The notes: a model not told the origin generated them from the letters alone. 64,000 bases of DNA from an uncultured bacterium (GCA_965660855.1 CBFIBM010000001.1:256001-320000); one strand, 5' to 3'; shown: positions 29,401-36,779, numbered from the stretch's first letter. Program-made: numbers and translations.

Positions 29401-30157
29401 CCACACATATGTTAGCGATCTAAGTTTTGAGTCCTCAGGAAATTACTCTGTTGATATTTTTGCAAATGCTTCTGTTGGTGATACTACAATCAATGAATAT
29501 TTTGCATTAGTTGCAGGTAAATCTGCCTCTAGATGGGTTGGACGTAGTTTTGACGGTAATTTTGGTGTTTCTGGAGATCCAGGTGCAGTAAGCCATGATC
29601 AACCATTTTTAATTGCTGATTCAACTTTGTTTATAAATAATTTTCATGATAGAGCATCTTATATTTTTGGAAATGAGGATATCTCATTTAATAAGGCAAT
29701 AGAAGTTAGGCTTCGTAGTAAAAGAGATGACTTAGCAATATATAGAAGAAAAAATGGAGTAGTCTGGGAAGAATTGCCCTCTATATCAATTGAAAATGAA
29801 ATTTTTACCTTAACAGAAAAAGCAGGTTATTTTAAATTGGGTCCAAAAACTTTAATTGTACCAGAAAAGACTAATATACACCAAAATTACCCGAACCCGT
29901 TTAATCCGACAACAAAGATAAGCTATGATATTGGCTTAATGGATGGGCTTAGTCAGAATGTCTCTATAGATGTATATAATCTACTTGGTCAGCATGTAAA
30001 ATCTCTTATCAGAGATATTGATCAAATAGGTCAATATACAATACAATGGGATGGTCAGGATTCTTTTGGTCAGCAAATGTCATCTGGTGTGTATTTTATC
30101 CAATTGAAAACAAAAACTGGAATAGTTAAAAATAAAAAAATGATGTTATTAAAATAA
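17414..30157 (+). CDS. Giant (4247 aa) secreted surface protein/adhesin: tandem bacterial Ig-like repeats, cadherin-like units, C-terminal FlgD-Ig/T9SS type A sorting domain
   Basis: Signal peptide, many repeats ending D-x-A-G-N, 'DL...DTG...DNITN..TP.F' Big-type repeats, INDPP/ENDPP cadherin-like ends, and HQNYPNPFNPTT...YNLLGQ..WDG...SSGVYF...KKMMLLK C-terminus. Confidence 0.88.
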   Translation: MYKSYNSKYLSVVLFLFFQSGLIFGQAIDFYPAGQVADGDNIYNINSTVATNGPFSGSNAGGVWVTGSSLEYTSWDVQIQFDGGAFTTINGDGSNDDNASANGQSFGSATVRPTADGDLNIWFSHAEIAATSGYPGTVDGINISFRIRKVSDGSTLPTSPQDYAFDLVAPTLTSASIASDNDNTSWAKSGDNITITLTAPSGSDGENLGTSDQWSTSIQGLGASVSGSGLVWTVSATVSSHPEGTVYFQITYYDAYENPGTVLTAVVGNTSQVIIDKTPPNISATILSDDNTNNTQYLATTGDDVTLTITATDDDGGAEIIQVPTVTIDGNTPTGSNLSVPASSYTAYRTMQAGDTQGDVGFAITGIKDRAGNTATNVTAVTSGSNVRFDSAVPTINSLTVASNNAIASNKATIGDVITISFASTGNESLQTPVVTIDGEDALEQQNGNAYTWTATKTMDAEDTERLTQFSLNFKDLAANSGTALDHGDITAGTLVDFDATPPTINSETASTTNSYDNTLAILNQVISIDIVSAEELYSIKDVLIAGKAVADQVTAATNVTDWTINHVVDGTEADGYVGYSYTAVDLAGNETNVVKSSSSIRIDNSKPVLNTVTIISNNTNTAYAKIGDVATINIVANEALRISPVVSIQGRTATIAAAGDGITFTATHTFDNTDTEGLVAFQIDFENAFGLAGDRIIDDGTGSTTNNGATVRFDRTAPTLNPVTVTSNNNNSSYAKVGDIVTLSFTSIEAIQDPPTVVFLSTPGDNRAGTVSGSGTSWNATYTMQNSDTEGDVDFYIDFVDIAGNTGVRETSLSSGSEIIFDRDIPELTTVDISSSNANPALSKVGDVITLAITSDEDIQIPTVTIAGTTIASENITGNDGERNFTATYTMQSSDNTTAAIGFTIDFADLANNLGTQKTAIVNDGDGLGVGFDKQAPGLNIVTILSNNDNRAGTGNKTGLAIVNDIITLNFESDEDLKTGVTPAVLIAGNAATVVRNANNDFTATYQMASDDDTDGANITISISNLVDPSGNTPASAITTTTDGSYVKFDKTNPILGSITIASNNLNNTLAIEGQVVTLTFASSEDIGTPTVNILGGAATVTNVADSSNWVATKTVGGADSEGVVGFSIAYSDKAGNNGTTRTDLTGGGDPVTVDLTVPQITKASIATNNSTGDELSVPGDVVTLEIETSEAIQTPTVTIATQTATVSQGADALTWTATYAMTTNESNGAVPFAIDFTDLSGNQGNGGASYTALLNDDDGNSVSFDKTQPELDYVNIQSDNTLPAYARVGSEVTLGFESNEALSSYAVTINGNTVAVSYDAVADRYSAAYTLVDGDSEGDVTFTIDYTDLNGYQGVQQTETLDDSNVEFDKTPPQMDVLTYSSNNANMTSMAKEGDVITVNLEADENLQSPTITLAGNASGTPVVGGTNAIWSSAYTVPSLSDGVVALQVDFKDYAGNSGTRQVAPLTGSAVTYDGTAPTLGTVTFVSNNSYSTAKAKLFDEVTLTIAADESIQTPTITISGTSITPTMGLNSENWVATYILQESDAEIDIPFTVDFNDLADNAGTQVIATTGGEVVNYDNTAPVTTGLVVDLKDASDTGLSNSDNITTVLTPTFEIQNLTSGPASATGEKLILNINGTDYDSLTITVNAMSISVPDATPLTNNVLPYTVTAYIRDLAGNLSLASTSSISLTIDTEAPLTNAEINLVDGSDSGSDNADNITSDNTPTLEVNGLADGEIYTVIVEYDLEGGASDQVVVNDLMSQAVTDQFTTTALSDGVYTFTYKLVDTAGNTSLESDPLAVTIDRTQPAISSAPDLVDVFDTGTLDSDNLTNLENLQFSVSNLVVGETLTIYNDADDSVLGSKTITAVTETITINGFTEGAHTVYARLTDLAGNQCGESGALSFTVDITAIDVTGITLDLNTADDSGTRSDDDLTNINTPTFTLATVSINDIVHLYADGSLVGSATSIGSSVEVTSSTLVDNPYEMSFTVTDYAGNVSLVSGNTLDITIDTTPWGTLKDLVLVTDTGVDNADNITNDQTPTFNIPSDLDFAELDMIRLYRNNGVSTTLIHSERKLASTTSHSITVPNASALGEGSYDFRYDIVDYAGNVSLATSASLSITIDVTPPLYSQNTPDLSDNTDTGGDSSDPTDPLTIDNLTNSSTLTVTLGGYTTGDYAVLSYSYGGVITVVEDYSLVEAGDAGSKTFSFPHVGEGTYSILSNASDAAGNLTGTTALTVTVDTTPPDANLVVLDLVDGSDTGGDPLNGSDPLTIDNITNDTTPDITISGVSSLDSVIVHNNDVNNSGKARGLPTGTTITLTQDFTSAADAQINMHVTLKDLAGNESVASPVPLVLTLDTTAPLSGTTPTLPDLTDATDTGEYPSDNKTYLQNPSFDLDLTGVFEADSIILFAQTGIIKSTVGRSIKILNDQTASITVGEGGVAVGTKLSEASDYIITYKLKDAAGNISSESAPLNPLHIDITYPAVPGNPDLESAYDTGKSDSDNITNASNVFIDMPGIEPGLIGKLYTFSDVGDDGIAGTGDTGENDGIFNFEDYGLDATPGTNDFGEGNGAYDEGENSAESPTIVVADYSGDNPNFDNWFLNDWDLSGNDSDCGCLDGTLTYNYETAPNDSVAIGFFTIHEDLVGHRKQSSNALIIQADRKIPLQLATVTYSDADFLVNSTNILRYTFTYPEELDSSIEPPTFDLRFPTEAPTLENQPLVYSGSNNVWYYDLNLSGYSGENGLIIAQNHSARDVAGNSIVAPLWTDITIDNLPAEFTQISPDTGSFNNVLNNFSWILSEDLDPAQTNVINFYQNNTVVTTYPLSGTELLAGIRAIGELGIGFSIADGMYTISFETVDVVGNVGKVDLENYSYDTKNPSVSMSYSREVVTADSIVTITATFDEPVKSSPVIHLTAMDSLIAGANHIEAEMTLPGGCECLDNNGILIPECDPAIDEATCTDVNGFNANWDPDYFGVDDSTIWIYHYTAPDIDEVNLSITNSGVVDVWIIANDLAANPLYMNDNAVNGTTSGYTNSKPLYVDNDKTIPTYSYVNLTNSSIVDAAGNPTNYAGAGGDIIEITITLNQPILTNNPIPELRYSYGSGSGDGISDVTFVSVADVEDGIDPSSIDPLTEANRIWKWNLLIPDLLEWDGEIDFNLYARDLANVLISDINEVDDKSFIVDNIHPADFQTGTVTVAGENPVQGYITGFINQISVAVPIPTQAEDPTIINGEVKVEFFNLNRGVDWVTIGTNSDITEVGDLVFTRNLTDLYAVMTQDVDIITGDQISVRASLIDRNGNVTIGSESAMQMAYDPTAPVMGSITGGNFSGESSPQYSNDLINLEWSEFLESDPGESGVQKYEILIRKLADGDCDCLDSDGNIIAECESTVDYTTCVSDVEDGGFASNWSIEDIADSVLIDWTEVLPPTTSFSYEPVLEHNNKYRAFVRAIDVAGNISSTLSSEILFRLNSAPIISSLESAILNEDFFWSDTIKFTDLDLNIQQNDQFTFEVITTLQEGATAFLEEGVAQGGSVSEIIFSESAVPQDNFYKGNVVTLLGGVEDSVRTILDYDGTTKVATISEGLNDWTSPPIQGSQYKITRGSVSINAYTPEEGDSGIDRYAILSWKPTQVDVNSYDLSIRVNDAYNHADTLPLVLTVRPINDPPVFVIADDNKTIEWREDTSSVLPATLNLSRYMYDVDNDMTNEDEINWTAIIYDTSQIDEDFPYGQVFVKPGTPKHIQARLLRDNIGFDIYDMDSKGSNKISRRTLELMNSSVVNDPLINITFTMTAADSTIATFFSAPNYYGSNHMVVFEVSDLDGAAARDTITVNVLPENDPPLITTLENAFVAENDSINLEFGSFTTDIDDTSLTFTIEAFRANRQTGEVILNESGLPIPQDSITIFPNTFISHNVGDSVLFIPDKLWSHKAIIQVVASDGVSSDTSSFTLDVERVLRPHLTVALIQNTAFSRFLQVIVTDTASKATNISMEIQNQDIEIDTIAAHTYVSDLSFESSGNYSVDIFANASVGDTTINEYFALVAGKSASRWVGRSFDGNFGVSGDPGAVSHDQPFLIADSTLFINNFHDRASYIFGNEDISFNKAIEVRLRSKRDDLAIYRRKNGVVWEELPSISIENEIFTLTEKAGYFKLGPKTLIVPEKTNIHQNYPNPFNPTTKISYDIGLMDGLSQNVSIDVYNLLGQHVKSLIRDIDQIGQYTIQWDGQDSFGQQMSSGVYFIQLKTKTGIVKNKKMMLLK

Positions 30158-30933
30158 TGAACCTTAAAAAATTAAAAATAAATCAAGTTATGTCGTTGTG
30201 TTTTATTTGTTTAATACTTCTAAATTGTAGAGGTGAGGTAATCGCGACAGATACAGATCTTTCAAGTTATGGATGGGCTTTATATGAAGATGGGGAATAT
30301 ATAGAAGCTCTTGATTGGTTTAAAGAATCCATAAAATCGGATTCAAATCATTATGATGCATATAATGGTGCTGGGTGGACAATGGGCCAATTGCGACAAG
30401 CAGATCAAGCGATTGATTATTTTAGTTCTTATCTGGAAAAGGATTCCTCAGATTTTCAGGATAAACTAGATTTTTATGCAGGATTAAGCTTTGGTTATAG
30501 CGCTGTTGGAAATGATGCTAAAGCTTTAGAATATGCTAAAACTTACTTTTTTGGTACTCAAAATTCAGATCTTGGTGACCCCAATTGGTGTTTTTGCCAT
30601 AAAACAGATATAAATATGTTGGATGTTAGATTAATTCTAGCAATATCAGAATTTAGATTAGGGTTATTTCAAAACTCGTTAATAACAATAAATGATACAT
30701 ATAATGAACTTGGGTATGCTGATGGTGATTCTTTAAAAAATGGTGAAGTTAAGGGTGTGAGAGAATTAAATGATGCATATCCACTTGAGTATGATGTTTC
30801 AACAATTTCTGGTCGTACATTTATGGCTAATCATCTTGAAATCTTACAAAGAAAATTAGCGAGTAGTAATGGTGAAAATAATTTAAGTTGTAATGAAAAT
30901 AATGGTTTAGGTGGAGGTTATTGCGACCAATAA
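30157..30933 (+). CDS. TPR-containing lipoprotein
   Basis: Lipobox-like LLNC and TPR pattern GWALYEDGEYIEALDWF...AYNGAGW. Start overlaps the stop of the giant gene. Confidence 0.7.
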   Translation: MNLKKLKINQVMSLCFICLILLNCRGEVIATDTDLSSYGWALYEDGEYIEALDWFKESIKSDSNHYDAYNGAGWTMGQLRQADQAIDYFSSYLEKDSSDFQDKLDFYAGLSFGYSAVGNDAKALEYAKTYFFGTQNSDLGDPNWCFCHKTDINMLDVRLILAISEFRLGLFQNSLITINDTYNELGYADGDSLKNGEVKGVRELNDAYPLEYDVSTISGRTFMANHLEILQRKLASSNGENNLSCNENNGLGGGYCDQ

Positions 30934-31411
30934 TTTATTGATTGAGTTATCCAAAACAGACTCAGAATGGATGGACTCTGCAATTAGAATGGCAGAAAAA
31001 GCATTCTCTAAAAGTGAAGTTCCTGTTGGTGCAGTAATTGTAAAAGATAACAAGATAATTGGTAGAGGAAGCAATCAGACTCAAGCTTTAAATGATCCCA
31101 CAGCGCACGCAGAAATTATAGCGATAACCGCAGCATCATCTTCTTTAAATGATTGGCGACTAAATGGCGCAAGTATTTATGTTACAAAAGAGCCATGTGC
31201 TATGTGCGCTGGAGCAATAATGAATGCTCGTTTATCTAATTTAATTTTTGGTGCTTATGATGATAAAAAAGGTTGCTGTGGTTCTCTTTATCAACTTTGT
31301 GGAGACTATAGATTGGATAGTAAAACATCTGTGAGAGGCGGAGTGAGGGAGGAAAGCTGTCAGCAATTATTGAAGGCTTTCTTTTCAAAAAAACGAAAGC
31401 CCTCAATATAG
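30911..31411 (+). CDS. tadA: tRNA adenosine(34) deaminase
   Basis: EVPVGAVIV, DPTAHAE, TKEPCAMCAGA and C-terminal LLKAFF. Start may be GTG 30911 or ATG 30971. Confidence 0.9.
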   Translation: MEVIATNNLLIELSKTDSEWMDSAIRMAEKAFSKSEVPVGAVIVKDNKIIGRGSNQTQALNDPTAHAEIIAITAASSSLNDWRLNGASIYVTKEPCAMCAGAIMNARLSNLIFGAYDDKKGCCGSLYQLCGDYRLDSKTSVRGGVREESCQQLLKAFFSKKRKPSI

Positions 31412-31427
31412 TATTTTTTTCTGGTAA

Positions 31428-31817
31428 TTAATTTTTAGTCAAAACAAATTTTTCTGATTCGAATTTCCCATTTTTTATATTACCTTCAATCTCTGCAACT
31501 CTCACAGCATTACAAAATCCATCCTTAGCATGTGAATTACCATGATCGTCAATGTTTGTACCTTTCACAGAAAATACATTTTCGTTAATTTTTATTGCAA
31601 GACTACAGTCTTTTTCATTTATCATTCCAAAATTACACATTCCGCAAGATGCTAGAGCTAGACCTTTTACTTTACCAGATTTGCTAACTGTTTTGATAAA
31701 ATCAGAGGAAGCAGCAGGGGCTGTAATTGATTTTTTTGATACTTTACAAGATGCACAGCCAGCATAAACGGTTTGTAATGTTAATAAAATAGAAAGACTG
31801 AGTATGAATTTTTTCAT
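31428..31817 (-). CDS. Small exported Cys/His-rich protein (DUF6370-like)
   Basis: AGGAG RBS upstream on the minus strand and a signal peptide. Motif ASCGMCNFGM..CSLAIKI..GTNIDDHGNSHAKDGFCN; family recalled, not searched. Confidence 0.7.
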   Translation of the reverse strand: MKKFILSLSILLTLQTVYAGCASCKVSKKSITAPAASSDFIKTVSKSGKVKGLALASCGMCNFGMINEKDCSLAIKINENVFSVKGTNIDDHGNSHAKDGFCNAVRVAEIEGNIKNGKFESEKFVLTKN

Positions 31818-32013
31818 TTAAAACTCCTATTAAATATATTGTTACACTAAAATTACAACAATAATTACCCTTTTGATGCACTAAAATAATATCAATGATA
31901 AATATTTTAAAAGATTATAAATTTAATTGACTCTGGTAATTCATCAGCGACGTTAAATTAAAAACTAGATTAGGACATCAATCAATATATTTTATTAAAT
32001 TAAGATTACTATT

Positions 32014-32205
32014 ATGGCAGCAACAGAATCACAAAGAGCAGAGTTGGAAGAATATTTAGAAACCATATTGGACTTGTATACAGAAGATGAATATGAAGAA
32101 ATGGTCGAGAATATTATCTATCAGTATTGCAAACGAAAGTTTGGCTGGGATAGAGATTATTCAGTAAAGTTATTTTATGAAATTGCGAATGGCAAAATTA
32201 ATTAA
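32014..32205 (+). CDS. Small acidic hypothetical protein
   Basis: 63-aa ORF with helical, protein-like composition, overlapping the next gene. Confidence 0.55.
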   Translation: MAATESQRAELEEYLETILDLYTEDEYEEMVENIIYQYCKRKFGWDRDYSVKLFYEIANGKIN

Positions 32206-33523
32206 ATTGCTTTTCTCTTTTAATAGAAATTATCAACTGATAAAGTTTTCTTCATCAGTTTTAACCTTCTTTATTTTCTCTTCATATCTGAATGCTAGCA
32301 AATTAGAGCTTGAGAAAGGGTTTTATGTTGGCTCTCTTTTAAACGATTCAATTGAAGTTGATGTTTCCGATAACAAAATTAACATAATATTTGAAGATAA
32401 ATCTAAACTTATTTTTAAAAAATCTGGTGAGGAGAAGTTCTTATTGGAAATAATCAAAGATGAAGCATTACTTAATCTCAATGTCATTGATGAGCAAAAT
32501 TTTCAAGTTAGTCAAAATAACCCATTTGAAGATTCATCTAATATTGTTCGCTATAAACTTTATAAAAAACCTGGAATATTAAACAAAATAATAGCAGCAT
32601 TGGTTACAAGTGCACTTTTATTTTCTGTATTCCAATTTTATCTTAAACTAAATAAAGTTTGGAAAAGAAGAAAAATATTAGAGGTTGCTAATAGTATTTC
32701 TATTGTTGCTTCCTTACTAGGTTTTGCTACTCTTGTTCCATTTTTATTAAACAGTATTCTTATCACAGCAGATTACCCATCTGCAGTCAAATATATTCTT
32801 GGACTCATTCTTGCAATTGCATTTTCTCTAATTAGTATGGGGTATTTTGTAGAAGAAAACCGTGGAGTTGGTTTTTTAACCTTATTGGGAAGAGCCCTAA
32901 AAACAGAAGGGAAAGAATCTGGTGACTTAATTTCAGATATGCTGAGACCAAAAGGTGCAACTAAAATCATTGATATATTAGTAAAACTTGCTGCTATTGA
33001 TGATGAAATCGCTCAAGAAGAAATTGATCTAATAAATCAATTTGCTTCAAAATGGGATATAAAAATTCCTGATCTAAAACCAGGTAAACCTGAAAAGGTA
33101 ACTAATCTTGTCGAATTAAAGTCTTTAGTACAATCTTATCTTAATGAGGGGCCGGATATTGAAGTTGCTGAAGGGTTGGTCGATCTAATTAATATGATGG
33201 CTGAAGCTGATGACGAGGTAACAAAAGAAGAAGCTATGGCAGTGGCTGAATTTACTGGAATGATTGCTCACTATGTTGGGTCAGAAAAAGGAGGGAGAAT
33301 GGATATGTATGAAGTAAATATCGTCCCTCAAGACGACAAGCAAATTGATGCTGTGAAAGAAATATTACCTGAATTAGAGGTTGTAGTTGATCGAGGTGGT
33401 AAGGTTTTTAAGATTGGAAAATATTTTTCTGAAGATTATGCTGAAGCTGTATGTGAAAAATATATAACCCTTGGTCTCTATTCGGTGACATCGAAAGTGA
33501 CTATCGATCTTAGTAATGAATAA
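32177..33523 (+). CDS. Membrane protein with C-terminal TerB-like domain
   Basis: Three or four TM segments, then two TerB-type motifs LAAIDDEIAQEE and MAEADDEVTKEE. Confidence 0.65.
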   Translation: MKLRMAKLIKLLFSFNRNYQLIKFSSSVLTFFIFSSYLNASKLELEKGFYVGSLLNDSIEVDVSDNKINIIFEDKSKLIFKKSGEEKFLLEIIKDEALLNLNVIDEQNFQVSQNNPFEDSSNIVRYKLYKKPGILNKIIAALVTSALLFSVFQFYLKLNKVWKRRKILEVANSISIVASLLGFATLVPFLLNSILITADYPSAVKYILGLILAIAFSLISMGYFVEENRGVGFLTLLGRALKTEGKESGDLISDMLRPKGATKIIDILVKLAAIDDEIAQEEIDLINQFASKWDIKIPDLKPGKPEKVTNLVELKSLVQSYLNEGPDIEVAEGLVDLINMMAEADDEVTKEEAMAVAEFTGMIAHYVGSEKGGRMDMYEVNIVPQDDKQIDAVKEILPELEVVVDRGGKVFKIGKYFSEDYAEAVCEKYITLGLYSVTSKVTIDLSNE

Positions 33524-33564
33524 TGAACATTTAATTGCCACTTTTTTCTAATACTTAAAACATA

Positions 33565-33876
33565 ATGCTTTACTTTCTTCTTGGTATTTTAGCTCCTGTA
33601 TTTTTAAACCTCATACATTTAGTTGTTGGTATATATATTGTAGTAAAGCGTGGATCAATTATTTCTCTTGGCTTTACAGGAATAGGTTTTTTAACGAAAA
33701 CAATAGGTATGTTGTTTCTTACGTGGTTGGGGGTTGGTTACTTTAAGCTTGATTTTAGAATATTTGTTCCGCTTTTGTCTTTTTTCTGGTTTTTTACTCA
33801 TGTTGTTGAGGCATTTATAATTCAGCATTATATGAAAAAGAATGAAAGTAAGCTAATAAAATCTATCCAGATATAA
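33565..33876 (+). CDS. Small membrane protein (3 TM)
   Basis: 103-aa hydrophobic ORF. Confidence 0.6.
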   Translation: MLYFLLGILAPVFLNLIHLVVGIYIVVKRGSIISLGFTGIGFLTKTIGMLFLTWLGVGYFKLDFRIFVPLLSFFWFFTHVVEAFIIQHYMKKNESKLIKSIQI

Positions 33877-34077
33877 ATTTTTAAATTATAGCAATAAATT
33901 CATTTTTAATTATATAATAGCTGAAGCAGATATTATAAAGCTATTTATCTATCTCAAGGTTTAAAATATTTTCTTTATACTTTTAAAATACCTTCCCTTC
34001 TAGTTAGTATATTTATTAAATGTAAATAATAAGGTCTATTAGTGCTAAATTAATATCAAATACTCAGGATATATAAT

Positions 34078-35322
34078 TTGGACAAAAATACTAAATACGA
34101 TTTAGTGGTTTATGGAGCTACAGGTTTTACAGGTAGACTTATAGTTGATTACATTATAAAAGAGTATGGTATAACTAATGATGATTTTAGTTGGGCGATA
34201 GCAGGGAGAAATAAAAACTCACTGTTTAAAATAAGAAAATTATATGAGTCTTCTAATCCTGAATCAAAAAATATTCCGATTATTCATGCTGATTGTGAAG
34301 ATTTTGATTCTTTGGATCAAATGGCTTCTTCATGTAGTATTATTATTTCAACAGTAGGTCCTTACTTGAAGTATGGATCTTATCTAGTCGAATCATGTGT
34401 TAAAAATAAGACGCATTATTGTGATTTAACTGGCGAAGTCCCATTTATAAGACAATCAATTCTTAAAAATGATTCAGAAGCAAAATTAAGTCAAGTAAAA
34501 GTAGTGCATTGTTGTGGTTTTGATTCATTGCCTTCGGACATTGGTGTTCAGATGTTACAATTAAGTTCGAAAAACAAATTTGATTTACCTTGTAATAATG
34601 TTACAACTTATGCATCGGCCAGAGGAGGATTAAGCGGCGGAACATTTTCAAGTATGATTAATATTTTCAATTATATGCAATCTAATCCAGATTTAAAGCA
34701 TATTTTTAAAAATCCATATTGCCTTGAAATTAATGAAAATAAACCTATATCTATTTCCAGAAAGAGTTTAAAAAGTATCATTTGGAATAAAGAAGAAAAT
34801 GGATGGTTATGTCCATTTATTATGTCTGGGATTAATAGCAGGGTAGTTTATAAAACAAATTCAATTTCTGGATATCAATATGGAACTGATTTTACATATT
34901 CAGAGGTTTCATTTTTTAAGAGGGGAATCTCGGGTTTTTTAAATGCATTTAAACTTTATTTAAGTTTAATTATTATAAGAATTGGTATGAGTGTTCCTCT
35001 GTTATTATCCTTGCTTCATTTGTTTTATATTCCTAAACCTGGCAATGGACCTAGTAAAAAAATAATGGAAAATGGATATTTTAAAATGAGAATAAAAGGA
35101 TATACATCCAATAAAGATATTTCTCAAGTGACGGTATATGGAAATAGTGACCCAGGGTATTCTGCTACTGCTAAAATGATTACAGAGTCAGCTCTTTCAA
35201 TTTTATTAAATGGAGATAAGATTAATAAGTCCTATGGTGTTCTTACACCTGCTTCAGCAATAGGTCCAACAGTAATAAATCGATTAAAAACAAAAGGAAT
35301 AACTTTCACAATCGATATTTAA
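34078..35322 (+). CDS. Saccharopine dehydrogenase-like / trans-acting enoyl reductase family oxidoreductase
   Basis: YDLVVYGATGFTG, AIAGRN, TVGPY, YCDLTGE, CGFDSLPSD, DPGYSATAKM. Confidence 0.9.
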   Translation: MDKNTKYDLVVYGATGFTGRLIVDYIIKEYGITNDDFSWAIAGRNKNSLFKIRKLYESSNPESKNIPIIHADCEDFDSLDQMASSCSIIISTVGPYLKYGSYLVESCVKNKTHYCDLTGEVPFIRQSILKNDSEAKLSQVKVVHCCGFDSLPSDIGVQMLQLSSKNKFDLPCNNVTTYASARGGLSGGTFSSMINIFNYMQSNPDLKHIFKNPYCLEINENKPISISRKSLKSIIWNKEENGWLCPFIMSGINSRVVYKTNSISGYQYGTDFTYSEVSFFKRGISGFLNAFKLYLSLIIIRIGMSVPLLLSLLHLFYIPKPGNGPSKKIMENGYFKMRIKGYTSNKDISQVTVYGNSDPGYSATAKMITESALSILLNGDKINKSYGVLTPASAIGPTVINRLKTKGITFTIDI

Positions 35323-35326
35323 TATT

Positions 35327-36757
35327 ATGATGAATTCCATTAGTATTTTTGAAATTTTTAAAATTGGTTTGGGACCATCGAGCTCTCATGCAATGGGTCC
35401 TTGGAATGCAGCAAAGGATTTTTTATATCAAATAAAACTTGATAAAAAGTCTTTAAAGTCAATAATAAATATAGATATAGTATTATATGGATCGTTGGCT
35501 AAGACGGGGTTTGGGCATGGAACAGATAAAGCTATAATGATGGGTTTATGTGGACATGATATTGAAAGATTTGATACTAGGGATTTAAATAATAATATTG
35601 AACAGATACAGAAATGTGGAAAAATAAATCTTTTAGGTGAACAAGAAATTCTATTTTCGCCAACTAAAAATATAATTTTCAATAAAAAAGATTCATCATA
35701 TGCTCATCCAAATATGATAAAATTTGAAGTACAATATTCTAATTCTACCACTTCATCGGAGACCTATTTTTCAATAGGTGGTGGATTCATTGAAAAAAAT
35801 AGTAAAAAGAATAATAAAGAAAAAGAAAAGGCTAAAATACCATACCCAGTTGAAACTGCATCAGACATGTTGCAATGGTGTGAATTAGAAAATAAAACTA
35901 TTGCTCAAATTTCTATAGAGAATGAATTAAAATGGAATAGTAAACTTGAAATTGACAACCGTATCGATCTTCTCTGGGAAATAATGCTATCCTCAATTTA
36001 TGAAGGATGCATTACCTCAGGAACCTTACCAGGTGGTTTGAATGTAGAGAGACGTGCGGCTAAACTTTGTTACGATTTATTGGGAACTAATGAGTTTAAT
36101 TCAAAACAAGAGTGGCTGGATATGATTCGCAATCAACCAAATGATATGGAAACGGTAATGAAATGGGTAAGTTGCTATGCACTAGCTGTAAATGAGGTGA
36201 ATGCTTCTTATGGTAAAATTGTAACTGCACCAACCAATGGCGCAGCTGGCGTTATTCCATCAGTTATACTTTATGATTATATTTTTAGAAAAAAGAATAA
36301 TCCAATAAATATAAGAGAATTTATTTTAGTAGCTGGTGAAATTGGGATGTTGTTTAAAAAAGGTGCGACTATTTCTGCAGCTGCTGGTGGATGCCAAGCA
36401 GAAATAGGGGTTTCAAGTGCAATGGCAGCGGGAGCACTGGCTAATTCTATGGGTGGAAATACTTATCAAGTATTAATGGCGGCTGAAATAGCAATGGAGC
36501 ATCATTTAGGATTGTCTTGTGATCCTATTGGTGGATTGGTTCAAATACCATGTATAGAGCGTAATACAATGGGTGCAATTAAAGCAATAACAGCAGCACA
36601 ATTATCATGTCATACAGATCCTAAAAATGCAAAAGTCTCTTTAGACGATGTTATTAAAACAATGTGGGAGACTTCAAAAGATATGTTGAGTAAATATAAA
36701 GAAACATCAGAAGGTGGACTTGCCTTGCAAATTTCAGTAAATCAGGCAGAATGTTAG
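35327..36757 (+). CDS. sdaA: L-serine ammonia-lyase (Fe-S, single chain)
   Basis: GPSSSHAMGP, TAPTNGAAG, GGCQAEIG, HHLGLSCDP, QIPCIERN, KYKETSEGGLA. Confidence 0.95.
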   Translation: MMNSISIFEIFKIGLGPSSSHAMGPWNAAKDFLYQIKLDKKSLKSIINIDIVLYGSLAKTGFGHGTDKAIMMGLCGHDIERFDTRDLNNNIEQIQKCGKINLLGEQEILFSPTKNIIFNKKDSSYAHPNMIKFEVQYSNSTTSSETYFSIGGGFIEKNSKKNNKEKEKAKIPYPVETASDMLQWCELENKTIAQISIENELKWNSKLEIDNRIDLLWEIMLSSIYEGCITSGTLPGGLNVERRAAKLCYDLLGTNEFNSKQEWLDMIRNQPNDMETVMKWVSCYALAVNEVNASYGKIVTAPTNGAAGVIPSVILYDYIFRKKNNPINIREFILVAGEIGMLFKKGATISAAAGGCQAEIGVSSAMAAGALANSMGGNTYQVLMAAEIAMEHHLGLSCDPIGGLVQIPCIERNTMGAIKAITAAQLSCHTDPKNAKVSLDDVIKTMWETSKDMLSKYKETSEGGLALQISVNQAEC

Positions 36758-36779
36758 TCTGATATTTTTTATCTAATCT

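Noticed and set aside
17414..30157. Giant protein as the cohesin scaffold for the dockerin-bearing redoxins
   Set aside because: The idea is attractive given the proximity, but I cannot recognise a cohesin motif. The repeats look like Big/cadherin types, so this is unsupported without an HMM or structure search.
30586..30600. WCFCH in the TPR lipoprotein as a haem c attachment site
   Set aside because: The spacing is CxCH, not CxxCH.
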